NCBI GenBank assembly: GCA_031459625.1
Contig: JAVKIH010000001.1
Span: 117,187 to 181,186 of the forward strand
Length of the DNA: 64,000 nucleotides
Direction: 5' to 3'
From: Candidatus Geohabitans tengchongensis
GTDB lineage: Bacteria > Sysuimicrobiota > Sysuimicrobiia > Sysuimicrobiales > Humicultoraceae
In this document: one piece after another, positions 63,707 to 64,000 of the stretch
Numbering within the stretch: the first letter of the stretch is position 1
How the letters are laid out: each line of letters begins with the position of its first letter
Notes under the pieces: generated by a model
Told to the model about the DNA's origin: nothing
Databases searched by the model: none
Seen by the model: only the letters and a program-made list of their open reading frames with translations
Program-made: the position numbers and the translations under genes

Positions 63707-64000
63707 CTACCGGCTCGCCGTCACCCAGCTCTCCGCCAGCGGGGCCATCGAGCGCGTGGAGGTGAGGACGAACCCCTGCAGCTGCGTGCGCATGACCGCG
63801 AAGAGGTCGGCGTAGGCGATGAAGAGGAAGGGCACCTGGTCGGCGATGCGCTGCTGGGCCTGGACGTAGAGCTGGACGCGGCGCCTGGGGTCCGGGGTGG
63901 CGCGCGCCTGGTCCAGGAGCTGGTCCAGCGTCGGGTCCTTGAACTTGAAGACGTTCGTGCTGCCGGTGGAGTGGAGGTGGCGGTACAGGTGGATGTCGGG
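63707..64000 (-). CDS. ABC substrate-binding protein, family 5 (C-terminal end; gene continues beyond the window)
   Basis: Minus-strand translation ends …VMRTQLQGFVLTSTRSMAPLAESWVTASR*, typical of an SBP_bac_5 C-terminus. Confidence 0.6.
   Translation of the reverse strand, partial: PDIHLYRHLHSTGSTNVFKFKDPTLDQLLDQARATPDPRRRVQLYVQAQQRIADQVPFLFIAYADLFAVMRTQLQGFVLTSTRSMAPLAESWVTASR

Overview
This 64-kb window is a very GC-rich (~70%+) bacterial chromosomal segment. It is gene-dense and many adjacent genes overlap stop-to-start (ATGA/GTGA), which suggests translationally coupled operons. GTG and TTG starts are frequent. I can support about 60 CDSs, 3 tRNAs (Glu-UUC, Val-CAC, Thr-CGU) with sigma70-like promoters, one decayed cyclase gene fragment, and no rRNA, CRISPR or obvious mobile element. 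In order, the content is: hisD, a radical-SAM SPL-like protein and citrate synthase; a GAF/HAMP sensor kinase with a NarL-type regulator, followed by a 9-2-9 palindrome; a compact operon of two cupredoxins, a Tat-exported NrfC-like Fe-S protein and an NrfD-like membrane quinol dehydrogenase, with no catalytic 'A' subunit, plus an anchored beta-sandwich protein; an alpha/beta hydrolase and a phosphoesterase; a sigma-28 (FliA/WhiG) family sigma factor cotranscribed with a membrane-less LytS-type kinase and a LytTR regulator, with no flagellar genes; an SDR and a secreted hydrolase; tRNA-Glu; a Tat-signal sugar ABC transporter; NamZ-like DUF1343; family-4 UDG with a GT39 glycosyltransferase; tRNA-Val; a Dpp-like ABC system that lacks ATPases; an M29 aminopeptidase; a decayed region beside tRNA-Thr; a TetR gene with a perfect operator palindrome, then MFP and RND efflux genes; adenine deaminase; a methyltransferase, a VOC protein and HtrA; a cupin, a cNMP-binding protein, a flavoprotein, a second cNMP-binding protein, an MBL hydrolase and an acyl-CoA ligase; and a large peptidoglycan/amino-sugar recycling locus (family-5 SBP, SIS-type GlcN6P deaminase, NagA, sugar ABC, NanE, GlcNAc kinase, MurQ, AnmK, a beta-lactamase-family serine hydrolase and a second ATPase-less Dpp-like set). 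The most novel-looking element is the cupredoxin-NrfCD module, read as a candidate quinol:cupredoxin oxidoreductase, together with its putative NarL-type regulatory site. All calls come from reading the sequence and ORF translations. Coordinates read directly from the sequence lines (tRNAs, promoters, palindromes) may be off by a base or so.
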